Assembly (NCBI GenBank): GCA_038210095.1
Contig: JBBQXA010000001.1
Location: 6,732 to 70,731 of the forward strand
Reading direction: 5' to 3'
Source of the DNA: Burkholderiales bacterium
GTDB lineage: Bacteria; Pseudomonadota; Gammaproteobacteria; Burkholderiales; Gallionellaceae
Length of the DNA: 64,000 nt
The position numbers and the translations under genes are program-made. Within the stretch, counting starts at the first letter, position 1, and every line of letters begins with the position of its first letter. Below are positions 1 through 9,420 of the stretch, piece after piece. The notes below the pieces were generated by a model, which worked only from the letters and a program-made list of their open reading frames with translations, made no database searches and was not told the DNA's origin.

Positions 1-3000
1 TTTGCTGCGTTCGTATTCTTCATTGAATACGGTCATCTCGATCTGTCCGTCGCCGTCTTCCAACGTAATCACCGCCATGCGTCCGCGACGGGTTTGCATC
101 AGGCGCTGACCGGCGACGATTCCGGCCAGTGTGACGGCGACGCCGCGCGCCTTGCCGTAGCCGCCGCCGTTACCGCCGCCATTGGATTTTCCAACGAAAG
201 CCGGGGTCAGATCGGCAAGCTTTACCTTGATGAAGTTGGACAGTTCCTGCGCGTATTCCTGGTAGGGATGACCGCCCAGATAAAAGCCCAAACTGAGCTT
301 CTCGTTGCCAAGTTGCTCGCGCAACGTCCAGCGCTTCACGTCGGCATATTGCTCCGTCAGCACTTCGTCGGCCTCGTCGTCGCCGAACAGACTATTCTGG
401 TTGGCTGAACGCGATTGCTGATCCGCACTCGCCAATGCGGCATCAAGAGTCGCCATCAAACAGGCTCTGTGATCGTTAACGCTGTCGAATGCGCCCGCCC
501 TGATCAGCGCCTCTATGGTGCGGCGATTGACCACGCGCTTGTCCACACGGCGACAGAAATCGAACATATCCTTGAACGGGCCGGTTTTGCGCGCGGCGAC
601 GATGTTCTCAATCGCGGCCCGGCCTGTGCCCTTAATCGCGCCCAATCCGTAGGCGATAGTTTTCTCATCAACCGGTGCGAAACGGTAGTCCGACGAATTG
701 ACATCCGGCAGCAGCATGATCAATCCCTGCTGCACCGCATCCTTATGGAAAAAACTCACCTTGTCGGTGTTATCCATTTCCGATGTCATGGTCGATGCCA
801 TGAACGAGGCGGCATGGTGACACTTCAGATAGGCGGTCTGGTAGGCGACCACGGAGTACGCCGCCGCGTGCGATTTATTGAAGCCGTAGCCGGCGAACTT
901 CTCCATGGTGTCGAAGATCTCGTTCGCCTTCGACTCTTCGATGTTGTTCTTCGCCGCACCGGCCACAAAAATGCTGCGCTGCTCGGCCATCTCCTCGGCC
1001 TTCTTCTTACCCATCGCACGGCGCAACATATCCGCGCCGCCCAGTGTGTAGCCTGCCACGGCCTGTGCCGACTGCATCACCTGCTCCTGATACACCATAA
1101 TGCCGTAGGTACTGCTCACCACCTTGTCCAATAGCGGATGCGGGATAATCACTTTCTCGCGCCCGTGCTTACGGTTGATGTAATCGGGGATGAAGTCCAT
1201 CGGGCCGGGGCGGTACAGTGCGTTCAGGGCGATCAGATCATCGATACAGTCCGGCTGCGCCTTAACCAGCGTGTCCTTCATGCCGCGCGATTCGAACTGG
1301 AACACGGCAGTGGTATTGGCGTTCTTGAAGATGCGGTTGTAGGTAGCCTTGTCGTCGAGTGGGACGGTATCGATGTTGAAGGGCTCAACGGCGCTCACCT
1401 CCTGCGTTTGGCCTGCCGCCTCCCTTTCCCTTAATCCATTGATGTAGCGCACCGCCCAGTCGATGATGGTCAGCGTGCGCAGGCCCAGAAAGTCGAACTT
1501 CACCAGGCCGACGGCCTCGACGTCGTCCTTGTCAAACTGGCTAACCACGCTGGCGTCGGAGTCGGCGCAATAAAGCGGACAGAAATCAGTGAGCTTGCCC
1601 GGCGCAATCAATACGCCGCCCGCGTGCATGCCGATGTTGCGCGTCAAGTCTTCCAGCGCCTCAGCCAGCTCCATCAGTTCATCCACGCCCTCTTCGTCGG
1701 CGATGATCGCACTGATCTCCGGCTCCATCTCGCGCGCCTTGGCGAGCGAGACCGGCTTCACACCTTCGACCGGAATCAGCTTGGAAAGCCGGTCGCACAA
1801 GCCGTATGGAAAATCCAGTACACGGCCCACGTCGCGTATTACCCCCTTGGACGCCATCGTGCCGAAGGTCGCAATCTGCGACACGCACTGCGCGCCATAT
1901 TGCTCCTTGACGTAGTTGATGACCAACTCGCGTCCATCTTGGCAGAAGTCCACGTCAAAGTCGGGCATGGATACGCGCTCGGGATTTAGAAAGCGCTCGA
2001 ACAGCAGTTCGTATCGCAGCGGGTCGAGATCGGTAATCAACAAACAATACGCCACCAGCGAGCCCGCACCAGAACCGCGACCCGGCCCGACCGGCACGCC
2101 GTTGGGGAAGTCCTCAGAGCGATAGGCCTTGGCCCAGCGAATGAAGTCCGCCACGATCAGGAAGTAACCGGGAAAGCCCATCTGAATGATGGTATTGGTC
2201 TCGAAATCCAGACGCTCTTTATACTGCGGATACTTCGCTGCGCGCTCGGCCTCATCCGAATAGAGCTGCTTCATCCGCTGCCGCAAACCGCGCTCGGATT
2301 CGTCGCACAAGAACTGATTCAGCGTCTCACCGTTGGGCGTGGGAAAGTCCGGCAGTTGCGGCTTGCCCAGCGTCAGCGTCAGATTGCAGCGGCGCGCGAT
2401 TTCCACACTGTTCTGCAAGGCCTCGGGCATGTCGGCAAACAACTCCGCCATCTCCGCCTGCGTCTTGAAATAGCACTGCTCGGTGAAAGCCTTGGCGCGG
2501 CGCTTGTCGTTAAGCACATAGCCCTCGGAGATGCACACCCGCGCCTCGTGCGCCTTGAAATCCCTGGTCTCCAGAAACTGCACCGGATGAGTGGCAACGA
2601 CGGGCAACGCCAGCTCGGCCGCCAAACGAGTCGCTGCATGAATATGCACCTCATCCTCGGCGTAGCCGGCACGTTGTATCTCGATGTAATAGCGATTGCT
2701 GAACAGTGCCGCCCATTCCTGCGCACACTGTTTCGCCAACACCGTATTTCCGGTCAGCAGCGCCGTACCGACATCGCCCATATGCGCGCCTGACAGCGCT
2801 ATCAGGCCATCCGTACCGGGATGAAACCATTCCCGCCGCAGCTCGGCTCGCCCACTACCTTGATTCTCCAAAAAGGCACGCGACAACAGTTGGCACAGCA
2901 GCAGATATCCCGCATGCGACTGGCACAGCAGCAACAGGCGATGTGGACGATCGCTGTCCACATCGTTGCTGATGAGCACATCGCAGCCGACCACGGGCTT

Positions 3001-3186
3001 GATACCGGCACCCCGTGCCGACTTGTAGAACTTAATCTGGCCGAACACATTACTCAGATCGGTCAACGCCAGCGCGGGCATGCCGTCCTTCTTTGCCGCG
3101 GAAACTGCGGCGTCCACGCGCACCATTCCATCCGAAATCGAATATTCGCTGTGCAGACGGAGATGGATGAAAGACGGTTGCGGCAT
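1..3186 (-). CDS. dnaE: DNA polymerase III alpha subunit (3' end runs off the window)
   Basis: Manual translation from ATG 3186: MPQPSFIHLRLHSEYS (PHP domain), GPGRGSGAGSLV, FERFLNPERVSMPDFDVDF, KFDFLGLRTL, FAGYGFNKSH. Absent from the ORF track because there is no stop in the window. Confidence 0.97.
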   Translation of the reverse strand, partial: MPQPSFIHLRLHSEYSISDGMVRVDAAVSAAKKDGMPALALTDLSNVFGQIKFYKSARGAGIKPVVGCDVLISNDVDSDRPHRLLLLCQSHAGYLLLCQLLSRAFLENQGSGRAELRREWFHPGTDGLIALSGAHMGDVGTALLTGNTVLAKQCAQEWAALFSNRYYIEIQRAGYAEDEVHIHAATRLAAELALPVVATHPVQFLETRDFKAHEARVCISEGYVLNDKRRAKAFTEQCYFKTQAEMAELFADMPEALQNSVEIARRCNLTLTLGKPQLPDFPTPNGETLNQFLCDESERGLRQRMKQLYSDEAERAAKYPQYKERLDFETNTIIQMGFPGYFLIVADFIRWAKAYRSEDFPNGVPVGPGRGSGAGSLVAYCLLITDLDPLRYELLFERFLNPERVSMPDFDVDFCQDGRELVINYVKEQYGAQCVSQIATFGTMASKGVIRDVGRVLDFPYGLCDRLSKLIPVEGVKPVSLAKAREMEPEISAIIADEEGVDELMELAEALEDLTRNIGMHAGGVLIAPGKLTDFCPLYCADSDASVVSQFDKDDVEAVGLVKFDFLGLRTLTIIDWAVRYINGLREREAAGQTQEVSAVEPFNIDTVPLDDKATYNRIFKNANTTAVFQFESRGMKDTLVKAQPDCIDDLIALNALYRPGPMDFIPDYINRKHGREKVIIPHPLLDKVVSSTYGIMVYQEQVMQSAQAVAGYTLGGADMLRRAMGKKKAEEMAEQRSIFVAGAAKNNIEESKANEIFDTMEKFAGYGFNKSHAAAYSVVAYQTAYLKCHHAASFMASTMTSEMDNTDKVSFFHKDAVQQGLIMLLPDVNSSDYRFAPVDEKTIAYGLGAIKGTGRAAIENIVAARKTGPFKDMFDFCRRVDKRVVNRRTIEALIRAGAFDSVNDHRACLMATLDAALASADQQSRSANQNSLFGDDEADEVLTEQYADVKRWTLREQLGNEKLSLGFYLGGHPYQEYAQELSNFIKVKLADLTPAFVGKSNGGGNGGGYGKARGVAVTLAGIVAGQRLMQTRRGRMAVITLEDGDGQIEMTVFNEEYERSK

Positions 3187-3214
3187 GACGGAAACAATCA
3201 AAAAACAGGGGTGG

Positions 3215-3223
3215 ATTTTAGCA
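3215..3223 (-). promoter_or_regulatory. Extended -10 promoter element (TGcTAAAAT) for dnaE
   Basis: TG-n-TAAAAT about 30 nt upstream of the dnaE ATG. Confidence 0.45.
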
Positions 3224-3366
3224 TTGCCAGCGCCTGGCGTTCCCCGGAATTCGTTCGTATTTACACCGCCCCGCAAGTTTTCTTTTCATACAATCGCTTG
3301 CGGCCAGGCTGGACAGGTTGCGCACCCACTGCTAGTCTGCCTGCGCCCCATACACACCCGCACATC

Positions 3367-4143
3367 ATGTTGCAGCAACTGCGCCTATTCCTCACCGCCG
3401 TCCAGTTTTTCACGCGCCTGCCCGTACCCGCCTGGGTGGGACATACTCCGCAGCAACTGGAACAGTCTGCGCGCTATCTACCACTGGTCGGCGTGCTGGT
3501 CGGCCTGATTGCTGCCGCCGTGCTATGGCTTACCGCACGAGTGTTGCCGCTGTCGCTGGCGGTTGGATTGAGCATCGCGGCTGGCATTCTGGTCACCGGC
3601 GCATTCCATGAGGACGGCCTGAGTGATTTCGCCGACGGGATGGGCGGCGGACACACACCCGAAAAAATTCTGTCCATCATGAAGGATTCGCGCATAGGAG
3701 CTTACGGAGCCATCGCGCTGCTGCTGACCCTGCTGCTCAAATTTCAGGCGCTGCTGGAACTCTGTCTCGCCCATCCGCCGGTCTATGTCATCGCCGCACT
3801 CGTTTCCGCTCACAGCGTCAGCCGCATGCTGGCGACCGGCGTTATGCTGACCCAGCGCTATGTCCGCGCCGACGACAGCGCACGCGCCAAGCCCGCCGCC
3901 GGCATCAGCCCCGCCAGCTTCGCCACCGCCTTGCTCACCGGCCTTGCACCTGTCGCGCTGATGCTGGCCGTCGGAATGCAACTCGCCTCCGTGCTTATCG
4001 CGCTGGGTGCGGCCCTAACCGTGCGCCTCTATCTGGGCTGGCGCATGCACAAACGTCTGGGCGGCTATACCGGCGACTGCCTGGGTGCAGTGCAACAACT
4101 AACCGAAGTCATGTTTTATTTCGGCCTGCTGGTGATGATCTGA
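3367..4143 (+). CDS. cobS: Adenosylcobinamide-GDP ribazoletransferase (cobalamin synthase)
   Basis: AVQFFTRLP, TGAFHEDGLSDFADG, IMKDSRIGAYG, GGYTGDCLGA motifs; start moved to MLQQLRLF. Confidence 0.95.
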   Translation: MLQQLRLFLTAVQFFTRLPVPAWVGHTPQQLEQSARYLPLVGVLVGLIAAAVLWLTARVLPLSLAVGLSIAAGILVTGAFHEDGLSDFADGMGGGHTPEKILSIMKDSRIGAYGAIALLLTLLLKFQALLELCLAHPPVYVIAALVSAHSVSRMLATGVMLTQRYVRADDSARAKPAAGISPASFATALLTGLAPVALMLAVGMQLASVLIALGAALTVRLYLGWRMHKRLGGYTGDCLGAVQQLTEVMFYFGLLVMI

Positions 4144-4145
4144 CC

Positions 4146-4706
4146 GTGCAGACGCTCTACCTGATTCGGCACACCCGGCCCGACATCGCTCCCGGCATCT
4201 GTTATGGACAACTCGATATCGACGTGAGCGACAGCTTCACGAGTGAGGCCGAGGTAGTCCTGCACTGGCTGCCACACGTCGAACTCATCTTCACCTCACC
4301 GCTAAAGCGCACCCGAAAGTTAGCCGAACACCTGACTAAATCACAACACTGCGAACTGCGCAGCGACGTTCGCCTGATGGAAAAACACTTTGGTCTATGG
4401 GAAGGACGGGCGTGGAACAGCATTCCCCATCATGAGATTGACGCTTGGGCGGCGGACATCATGGGGCATCAAATTGAAGGCGGCGAATCGGCACAACAAT
4501 TGATGCACCGTACAAGTGCCTTTTTAAGTGATATCGCGCCACTTCCGCACCGACATATTGCCATCGTGGCCCATGGCGGCAGCATCCGTGCATTACTAGC
4601 GCAACTGGCCGCAGCCCCCTTGCCCGCAACGCTGGCTTGGCAAATTGACTATGGTGCGGTGATCGCGGTACGTTTAACGCCCAACTCAGCCATCCAACCG
4701 GACTAG
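4146..4706 (+). CDS. cobC: Alpha-ribazole phosphatase (histidine phosphatase family)
   Basis: LIRHT, TSPLKR, FGLWEG, GGES, VAHGG motifs; directly after cobS. Confidence 0.88.
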   Translation: MQTLYLIRHTRPDIAPGICYGQLDIDVSDSFTSEAEVVLHWLPHVELIFTSPLKRTRKLAEHLTKSQHCELRSDVRLMEKHFGLWEGRAWNSIPHHEIDAWAADIMGHQIEGGESAQQLMHRTSAFLSDIAPLPHRHIAIVAHGGSIRALLAQLAAAPLPATLAWQIDYGAVIAVRLTPNSAIQPD

Positions 4707-4716
4707 CCTGACAGCT

Positions 4717-4899
4717 TCAGATATTGCCCAGTACCAACGTCTCCGCGCCGGACGCAATAACGAAACATACCGACCAGACCACTCCCTCCTGAAACGCAGC
4801 GGTGAGGCTTTGCTTGGAACTCCTGAATATCATGCAAGTTAGGATTAGACAGATCATCCCGATCAGCATCGCCGGCAACACGTATATCAAGTAACTCAT
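4717..4899 (-). CDS. Small hypothetical membrane protein (60 aa, two hydrophobic segments)
   Basis: Strong SD AAGGAGG just upstream of ATG 4899; hydrophobic sequence MSYLIYVLPAMLIGMICLIL... Confidence 0.6.
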   Translation of the reverse strand: MSYLIYVLPAMLIGMICLILTCMIFRSSKQSLTAAFQEGVVWSVCFVIASGAETLVLGNI

Positions 4900-4997
4900 A
4901 CATCCTCCTTGTTTATTGCTTAGCCCCAAGTCATACGCGCTTCATCACAACTGCATTGTTTCAATCATGACGAATGGTGGGTCTGCAACGTTGCATA

Positions 4998-5027
4998 TTC
5001 ATGATTTGAATGTGAACAAATCATGAA
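4998..5027. promoter_or_regulatory. Perfect inverted repeat, candidate transcription-factor operator
   Basis: TTCATGATTTG-N8-CAAATCATGAA; next to palindrome TGCAACGTTGCA at 4984-4995. Confidence 0.5.
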
Positions 5028-5079
5028 CCTCTCAACTTGCGCACAGTCATCATTTCGTAACAATCCATGCTCATAATTC

Positions 5080-5179
5080 CCTACATCACTTGAGCAGAGA
5101 CCTCCTCACTTACAACATTGCTCTAACGACATTGTGTTTTCCTTCATTTTTGGCATCCCTTGCGGGATGCCATTTTTTT
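5080..5179 (+). ncRNA. Candidate trans-acting small RNA
   Basis: No ORF; CCTCCTC anti-SD-like seed at 5101-5107; U-rich stretch; ends in an orphan intrinsic terminator. 5' end is approximate. Confidence 0.35.
5151..5179 (+). terminator. Rho-independent terminator
   Basis: TGGCATCCC-TTGC-GGGATGCCA followed by T7. Confidence 0.75.
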
Positions 5180-5290
5180 AGCTCGCTATTTAGGCAGCAC
5201 GTTCTGTGCCAGCATTAAGGTCATCGCATTTGGATGACGCCGAAAGAAGGCTCGCTGGAGATAGGGCACAACATAAGGGGTTTCCTTTGA

Positions 5291-5310
5291 ATATCAGAGC
5301 ATGCTAATAT
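5291..5310 (+). promoter_or_regulatory. ArsR-family (BigR/SqrR-like) operator candidate upstream of the rhodanese pair
   Basis: ATATCAG-N6-CTAATAT, 7-6-7 inverted repeat with one mismatch. Confidence 0.45.
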
Positions 5311-5342
5311 TGCAACCTAACCTATTCAACCAAGGGAAGCTC

Positions 5343-5678
5343 ATGTTCGCCAGCAACATCAAGGAAATCGATGCATCGGAACTCGCCCAGTGGATTAGTG
5401 ATGCTGGCCATAAACTACGCGTAATCGACGTGCGCCAGATGCAGGAAATTGCGGGCGGCACTGTTCCAAGAGCCGAAGCCCTGCCACTGCACACCCTGCC
5501 AGACAATATCGGCAGCCTTTCCCCCGCAGAAAAATTGGTCATCGTATGCCGCAGCGGGGCGCGCTCGGCACAGGCCTGCATGTATCTGCAACAGCAAGGC
5601 TACTCCGACGTATACAACTTGCGCGGCGGCATGATGGGCTGGGTACAGAACGGCTTCCAGCCGGTTCAACTCGCCTGA
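5343..5678 (+). CDS. Single-domain rhodanese (sulfurtransferase), cytoplasmic
   Basis: VIDVR, active-site loop CRSGARS, YNLRGGMMGW; start at MFASNIKE after GGGAAG. Confidence 0.9.
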   Translation: MFASNIKEIDASELAQWISDAGHKLRVIDVRQMQEIAGGTVPRAEALPLHTLPDNIGSLSPAEKLVIVCRSGARSAQACMYLQQQGYSDVYNLRGGMMGWVQNGFQPVQLA

Positions 5679-5732
5679 ACACCGAACTTGCCTGACACTT
5701 GCCTGACACTTGACCGACACTCTGGAGACAAA

Positions 5733-6122
5733 ATGAAATCGAACAAATTTTTGTGGGCCGCATCCATCGCACTGCTGGTGTTCTTCGGCATGCAGCAACT
5801 TCAAGCCGCCGAAGGCATAGACGTAAAACAGGCGCAGGTCATGGCCAACCATGGAACTCTGCTGCTGGACGTGCGCGAGCCGGGTGAGTACTCGGAAGGC
5901 CATGCCCCGAGCTCGAAACTTATCCCGTTGGGACAACTGAGCGAGCACTTGTCAGAACTCAACAACTACAAAGACAAACCCATCGCCGTAATGTGCCGCT
6001 CCGGCCGCCGCTCCGCCAGAGCCGTCGCCATCCTGCAAGAAGCCGGCTACACCCAGGTTAGCAACGTAAAGGGTGGAATGAATGCATGGGAAAGCGCGGG
6101 ACTGGAAGTGGTGAAGATGTAG
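5733..6122 (+). CDS. Rhodanese-domain protein with N-terminal signal peptide
   Basis: MKSNKFLWAASIALLVFFG...LQA-A signal; LLDVREPGEY, CRSGRRS, VKGGMNAW; SD GGAGA. Confidence 0.9.
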   Translation: MKSNKFLWAASIALLVFFGMQQLQAAEGIDVKQAQVMANHGTLLLDVREPGEYSEGHAPSSKLIPLGQLSEHLSELNNYKDKPIAVMCRSGRRSARAVAILQEAGYTQVSNVKGGMNAWESAGLEVVKM

Positions 6123-6152
6123 TTGGTGGTTGGTGGTTGGTGGTTGGTGGTT
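6122..6152. repeat. Tandem heptamer repeat (GTTGGTG)x4
   Basis: Four perfect copies plus GTT starting at the rhodanese stop codon. Confidence 0.9.
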
Positions 6153-6164
6153 AACCATAAGAAG

Positions 6165-6265
6165 TAGGCGGCGAACTGGGAACGCCTTCTTTCACGCAAC
6201 GACTTGGAGCTCTGCCCCTTAGTTCTGCGGAACCCTCCCTTGCGGGAGCACTTGCTTTTAGTTGC
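6165..6265 (-). ncRNA. c-di-GMP-I (GEMM-I)-like riboswitch aptamer, degenerate or variant
   Basis: Minus strand AGCAA..CUCCC-GCAA-GGGAG..CGCAGAACUAAGGGG...CCCAGUUCGCCG resembles the GEMM-I layout (GNRA-capped P2, CGCAAAAC junction, CAGUUGCCG end). Confidence 0.42.
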
Positions 6266-6374
6266 GGCATTTACTTGCCTGTAGGTTAGTAAATATCAAA
6301 GGTGGCCTACCACCGGAAAACCATGAGTACAGCACCATTCCCCGCTTTTCCAGTCCACCCTTCAACCTAGAAAC

Positions 6375-7418
6375 TCATATTTTCTCCGACACCGCTGCCT
6401 CGGCGAAGGTGGCCATGCCGTTGTGCAGCGCGCAGGCCACTCTCACTAGCGGCAATGCAGTCGCCGCTCCGCTGCCTTCTCCCAAGCGCATATCCAGATT
6501 CAGCAAAGGCTTCACGTTCAATGCGGCCAACAGTTTTGCGTGGCCGGGTTCGGCGGAGCCGTGGGCATAGATCAACCAGTCGGCGCAGGCGGGCTGCATA
6601 CGAACGGTAACCAGCGCGGCGGCGGTGGTGATGAAGCCGTCCACCAGAACGGGCAGTCCACGCTCTGCGCAAGTGAGATAAGCACCGGTCAGCGCGGCGA
6701 TTTCGAAGCCACCCAAGTGACGCAGGATTTCCGAAGGACTATCGCAATGTGCGGCGTGCAGTTCCAACGCGCGAGTAATGACTCCAACCTTGTGCGACAC
6801 GCCTGCGTGATCCAGTCCGGTTCCCGGTCCGGCCAGTTCCTGCGGTGTCGCTCCCAGCAATGCACAACCCATAGCGGTAGCCGACGTGGTGTTGGCGATG
6901 CCCATTTCGCCGCCGATGAAAATTTCCGCACCCTGTGCCAGCGCGCGCAGCACGCTGTCCTGTCCGGCCTGCATCGCCTGTGCGAGTTGCGCCTCGCTCA
7001 TCGCGGGGTGCTGTGCGAAGTTGGCGGTAGACGGCGCAATCACATTGCGTACCACGTTGGGCCAGTCGCCGGGATCATTCACCGTGCCTAGATTGACCAC
7101 TTCCAGACTGGCGTTAAGCGTCTTCGCCAGCACGTTGATCGCGGCACCGCCACGCGCAAAGTTTTTCACCATCTCGCCCGTCACCGCCTGCGGGAAGGCC
7201 GAGACATTTTCGGCGGCGATGCCGTGATCAGCGGCGAAGATGACGATGGCAGCCTTATCCACCACCGGACGCTCCTTGCCTTGCATTGCGGCCAGTCGCA
7301 CGACGATATCTTCCAGCTGACCCAGTGAACCCGGCGGCTTGGTCAGTTGGCTCTGACGCGCAACAGCTGCGGCGCGTGCGGTTTCGTTCAATGTTGCGGG
7401 CATCCTCAGCTTCATCAT
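6375..7418 (-). CDS. cobT: Nicotinate-nucleotide--dimethylbenzimidazole phosphoribosyltransferase
   Basis: [40 protein letters not shown]. Confidence 0.96.
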   Translation of the reverse strand: MMKLRMPATLNETARAAAVARQSQLTKPPGSLGQLEDIVVRLAAMQGKERPVVDKAAIVIFAADHGIAAENVSAFPQAVTGEMVKNFARGGAAINVLAKTLNASLEVVNLGTVNDPGDWPNVVRNVIAPSTANFAQHPAMSEAQLAQAMQAGQDSVLRALAQGAEIFIGGEMGIANTTSATAMGCALLGATPQELAGPGTGLDHAGVSHKVGVITRALELHAAHCDSPSEILRHLGGFEIAALTGAYLTCAERGLPVLVDGFITTAAALVTVRMQPACADWLIYAHGSAEPGHAKLLAALNVKPLLNLDMRLGEGSGAATALPLVRVACALHNGMATFAEAAVSEKI

Positions 7419-7933
7419 TCTTTTCCTTTTACCACCAGCGGCAAACCTGCCACGGTCAAAATTACACTTTCACTCAATGCGGCGATCTGCTGGTGCAGCC
7501 GTCCCATTTCGTCGCAATAGCGGCGCGATAATTCGCCCATGGGTACGATGCCCATATTGGTTTCGTTGCTGACCATGATGATGCGTCCCGGCAGTGTTGG
7601 CAGCACCTCCAGCAACGCTTGCACTTCGCGTTCCAATTCAGCGTCGTCGCCAGCACACAGCAACTGTGTCAGCCACAGCGTCAGGCACTCCACTAGTACG
7701 CAACGCTGATCCGACGCCTCACGCCGCAACACTTCCGCCAGATTTTTTCCGGCCTCGACCGAGTGCCAGCTATCCGGTCTGCGCGCCTGATGTTCTTTGA
7801 TACGGCGCTGCATTTCTTCGTCGCGCACCTCGGCAGTGGCGATATACACCACCTCCAATCCGCATTCCCGCGCGTGCTGCTCCGCCAGTTTGCTCTTGCC
7901 GGAACGCACTCCGCCCAGTATCAGTTCCTTCAT
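7415..7933 (-). CDS. cobU: Bifunctional adenosylcobinamide kinase / cobinamide-phosphate guanylyltransferase
   Basis: GGVRSGKS P-loop, [26 protein letters not shown]. Confidence 0.95.
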   Translation of the reverse strand: MKELILGGVRSGKSKLAEQHARECGLEVVYIATAEVRDEEMQRRIKEHQARRPDSWHSVEAGKNLAEVLRREASDQRCVLVECLTLWLTQLLCAGDDAELEREVQALLEVLPTLPGRIIMVSNETNMGIVPMGELSRRYCDEMGRLHQQIAALSESVILTVAGLPLVVKGKE

Positions 7934-9420
7934 GCGGACTCTCCCCTTGCGAATAATCCCATCAGTACTTTCATATCCAGATGTTGCTCCACCGCATCGG
8001 CCAACCGGTCCATATCGGCCTCGCGGCGTGCGTGATAATCGGGCGTACAGGCCTCAGGCAATCCTGCCCAATGCAACAGCGCATCGGTCGCCTGCGTAGA
8101 TTCGAACAAGCCGTGCAGATAGGTCGCGAACAGCTGTCCGTCATCAGATAGTGCCCCGTCAGGGCCATGTTCCAATTGCAGTGCGGGATGATCCAGCGCG
8201 GAGCCGCTCGTAACACCCGCATGAATTTCATATCCCGCGACGGGCGCATCTTCCAGCGTTAGGATGCCGCTCACATTGCGCAATTGTTTTTCCGCTTCCA
8301 GCGTGGTGCTGAATTCCAGCAGCCCCAAGCCGGCGCTACTGCCCACTTCACCCTCTATGCCCAGCGGATCGTGTATCGCCTCACCCAGCATTTGCAAGCC
8401 GCCGCAGATGCCGATGACCTTGCCACCATAGCGCAGATGTTTATTGATGGCCGCCTCCCAGCCCGCACGGCGCAGACTGTCGAGATCGCTGCGCACCGAC
8501 TTGCTGCCGGGCAGCACGATCAAGTCGGCGGAGGGAATGTCATCGCCCATAGGGACATAGCTGAATTCGACTTGCGGATGCAGGCGCAACGGATCGAGGT
8601 CGGTGTGATTGCTGATGTGGGGCAGCAGCGGCACGACGACGCGCAACTTGCTCCCTCTGACTTCTGCCCTTTTTTCTACCGGACGAGAGGCAGAAGAAAG
8701 CGACACCGCATCTTCCGCTTCCAGATGCAGTCCGTGCAGATAGGGCAGTACGCCCAGTACCGGCTTGCCGGTGTATTGCTCCAGCCAGTCCAGCCCCGAT
8801 TGCAACAAGGACAGATCGCCACGAAAACGATTGATGACGAAGCCCACCACACGCGCACGTTCGTTCTCACTCAACAGCTCCAGCGTACCAACCAGGTGTG
8901 CGAACACGCCTCCCTTGTCGATATCGGCGATCAATATCACCGGACAATCCACCGCCTCGGCAAAGCCCATGTTGGCGATGTCGTTCGCGCGCAGGTTGAC
9001 CTCGGCTGGACTGCCTGCACCTTCAACTACGATTACCTCATATTCTTCGGACAGCCTCCGATGCGAATCCAGTACAGCCGCCATCGCGACGCGTTTGTAA
9101 TCGTGATACGCCAGCGCATGCATATTGCCGATGGCCTGACCGTGGATGATGACCTGCGCACCGGTGTCACTATTCGGTTTGAGCAGCACGGGGTTCATGT
9201 CGGTATGCGGCTCAAGCCGCGCGGCCTGCGCCTGCACCGCCTGTGCGCGTCCGATCTCGCCGCCGTCTGATGTCACCGCGCTGTTCAGCGCCATGTTCTG
9301 CGGCTTGAATGGAACAACGCTGACGCTCTGCCGCACCAGCCAGCGGCAGAGCGCCGCAACCAACGTGCTCTTGCCCGCGTCTGATGTGGTGCCCTGCACC
9401 ATCACGGTTCTGGCGCTCAT
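7930..9420 (-). CDS. cobQ: Cobyric acid synthase CobQ/CbiP
   Basis: [42 protein letters not shown]; start at MSARTVMV. Confidence 0.96.
   Translation of the reverse strand: MSARTVMVQGTTSDAGKSTLVAALCRWLVRQSVSVVPFKPQNMALNSAVTSDGGEIGRAQAVQAQAARLEPHTDMNPVLLKPNSDTGAQVIIHGQAIGNMHALAYHDYKRVAMAAVLDSHRRLSEEYEVIVVEGAGSPAEVNLRANDIANMGFAEAVDCPVILIADIDKGGVFAHLVGTLELLSENERARVVGFVINRFRGDLSLLQSGLDWLEQYTGKPVLGVLPYLHGLHLEAEDAVSLSSASRPVEKRAEVRGSKLRVVVPLLPHISNHTDLDPLRLHPQVEFSYVPMGDDIPSADLIVLPGSKSVRSDLDSLRRAGWEAAINKHLRYGGKVIGICGGLQMLGEAIHDPLGIEGEVGSSAGLGLLEFSTTLEAEKQLRNVSGILTLEDAPVAGYEIHAGVTSGSALDHPALQLEHGPDGALSDDGQLFATYLHGLFESTQATDALLHWAGLPEACTPDYHARREADMDRLADAVEQHLDMKVLMGLFARGESA

Noticed and set aside
94-3050. 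Many plus-strand ORFs opposite dnaE, and similar ones opposite cobQ, mreB, mrdA, ilvD and the Mbx genes
   Set aside because: Antisense shadow ORFs typical of GC-rich coding DNA, with no recognisable motifs.
1-3186. Intein in DnaE
   Set aside because: Motif spacing and length are normal and no splicing motifs were seen.
2821-3366. Long N-terminal extension of CobS, and likewise of CobQ, CbiB, EVE, MreB, GatC and the NuoI-GltD fusion
   Set aside because: The extensions overlap neighbouring genes or 6S RNA; downstream starts fit family N-termini better.
6122-6152. CRISPR array
   Set aside because: Simple 7-nt tandem repeat with no spacers and no cas genes.
6262-6570. 102-aa plus-strand ORF after the rhodaneses
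   Set aside because: Overlaps cobT antisense, TTG start without SD, no motif.
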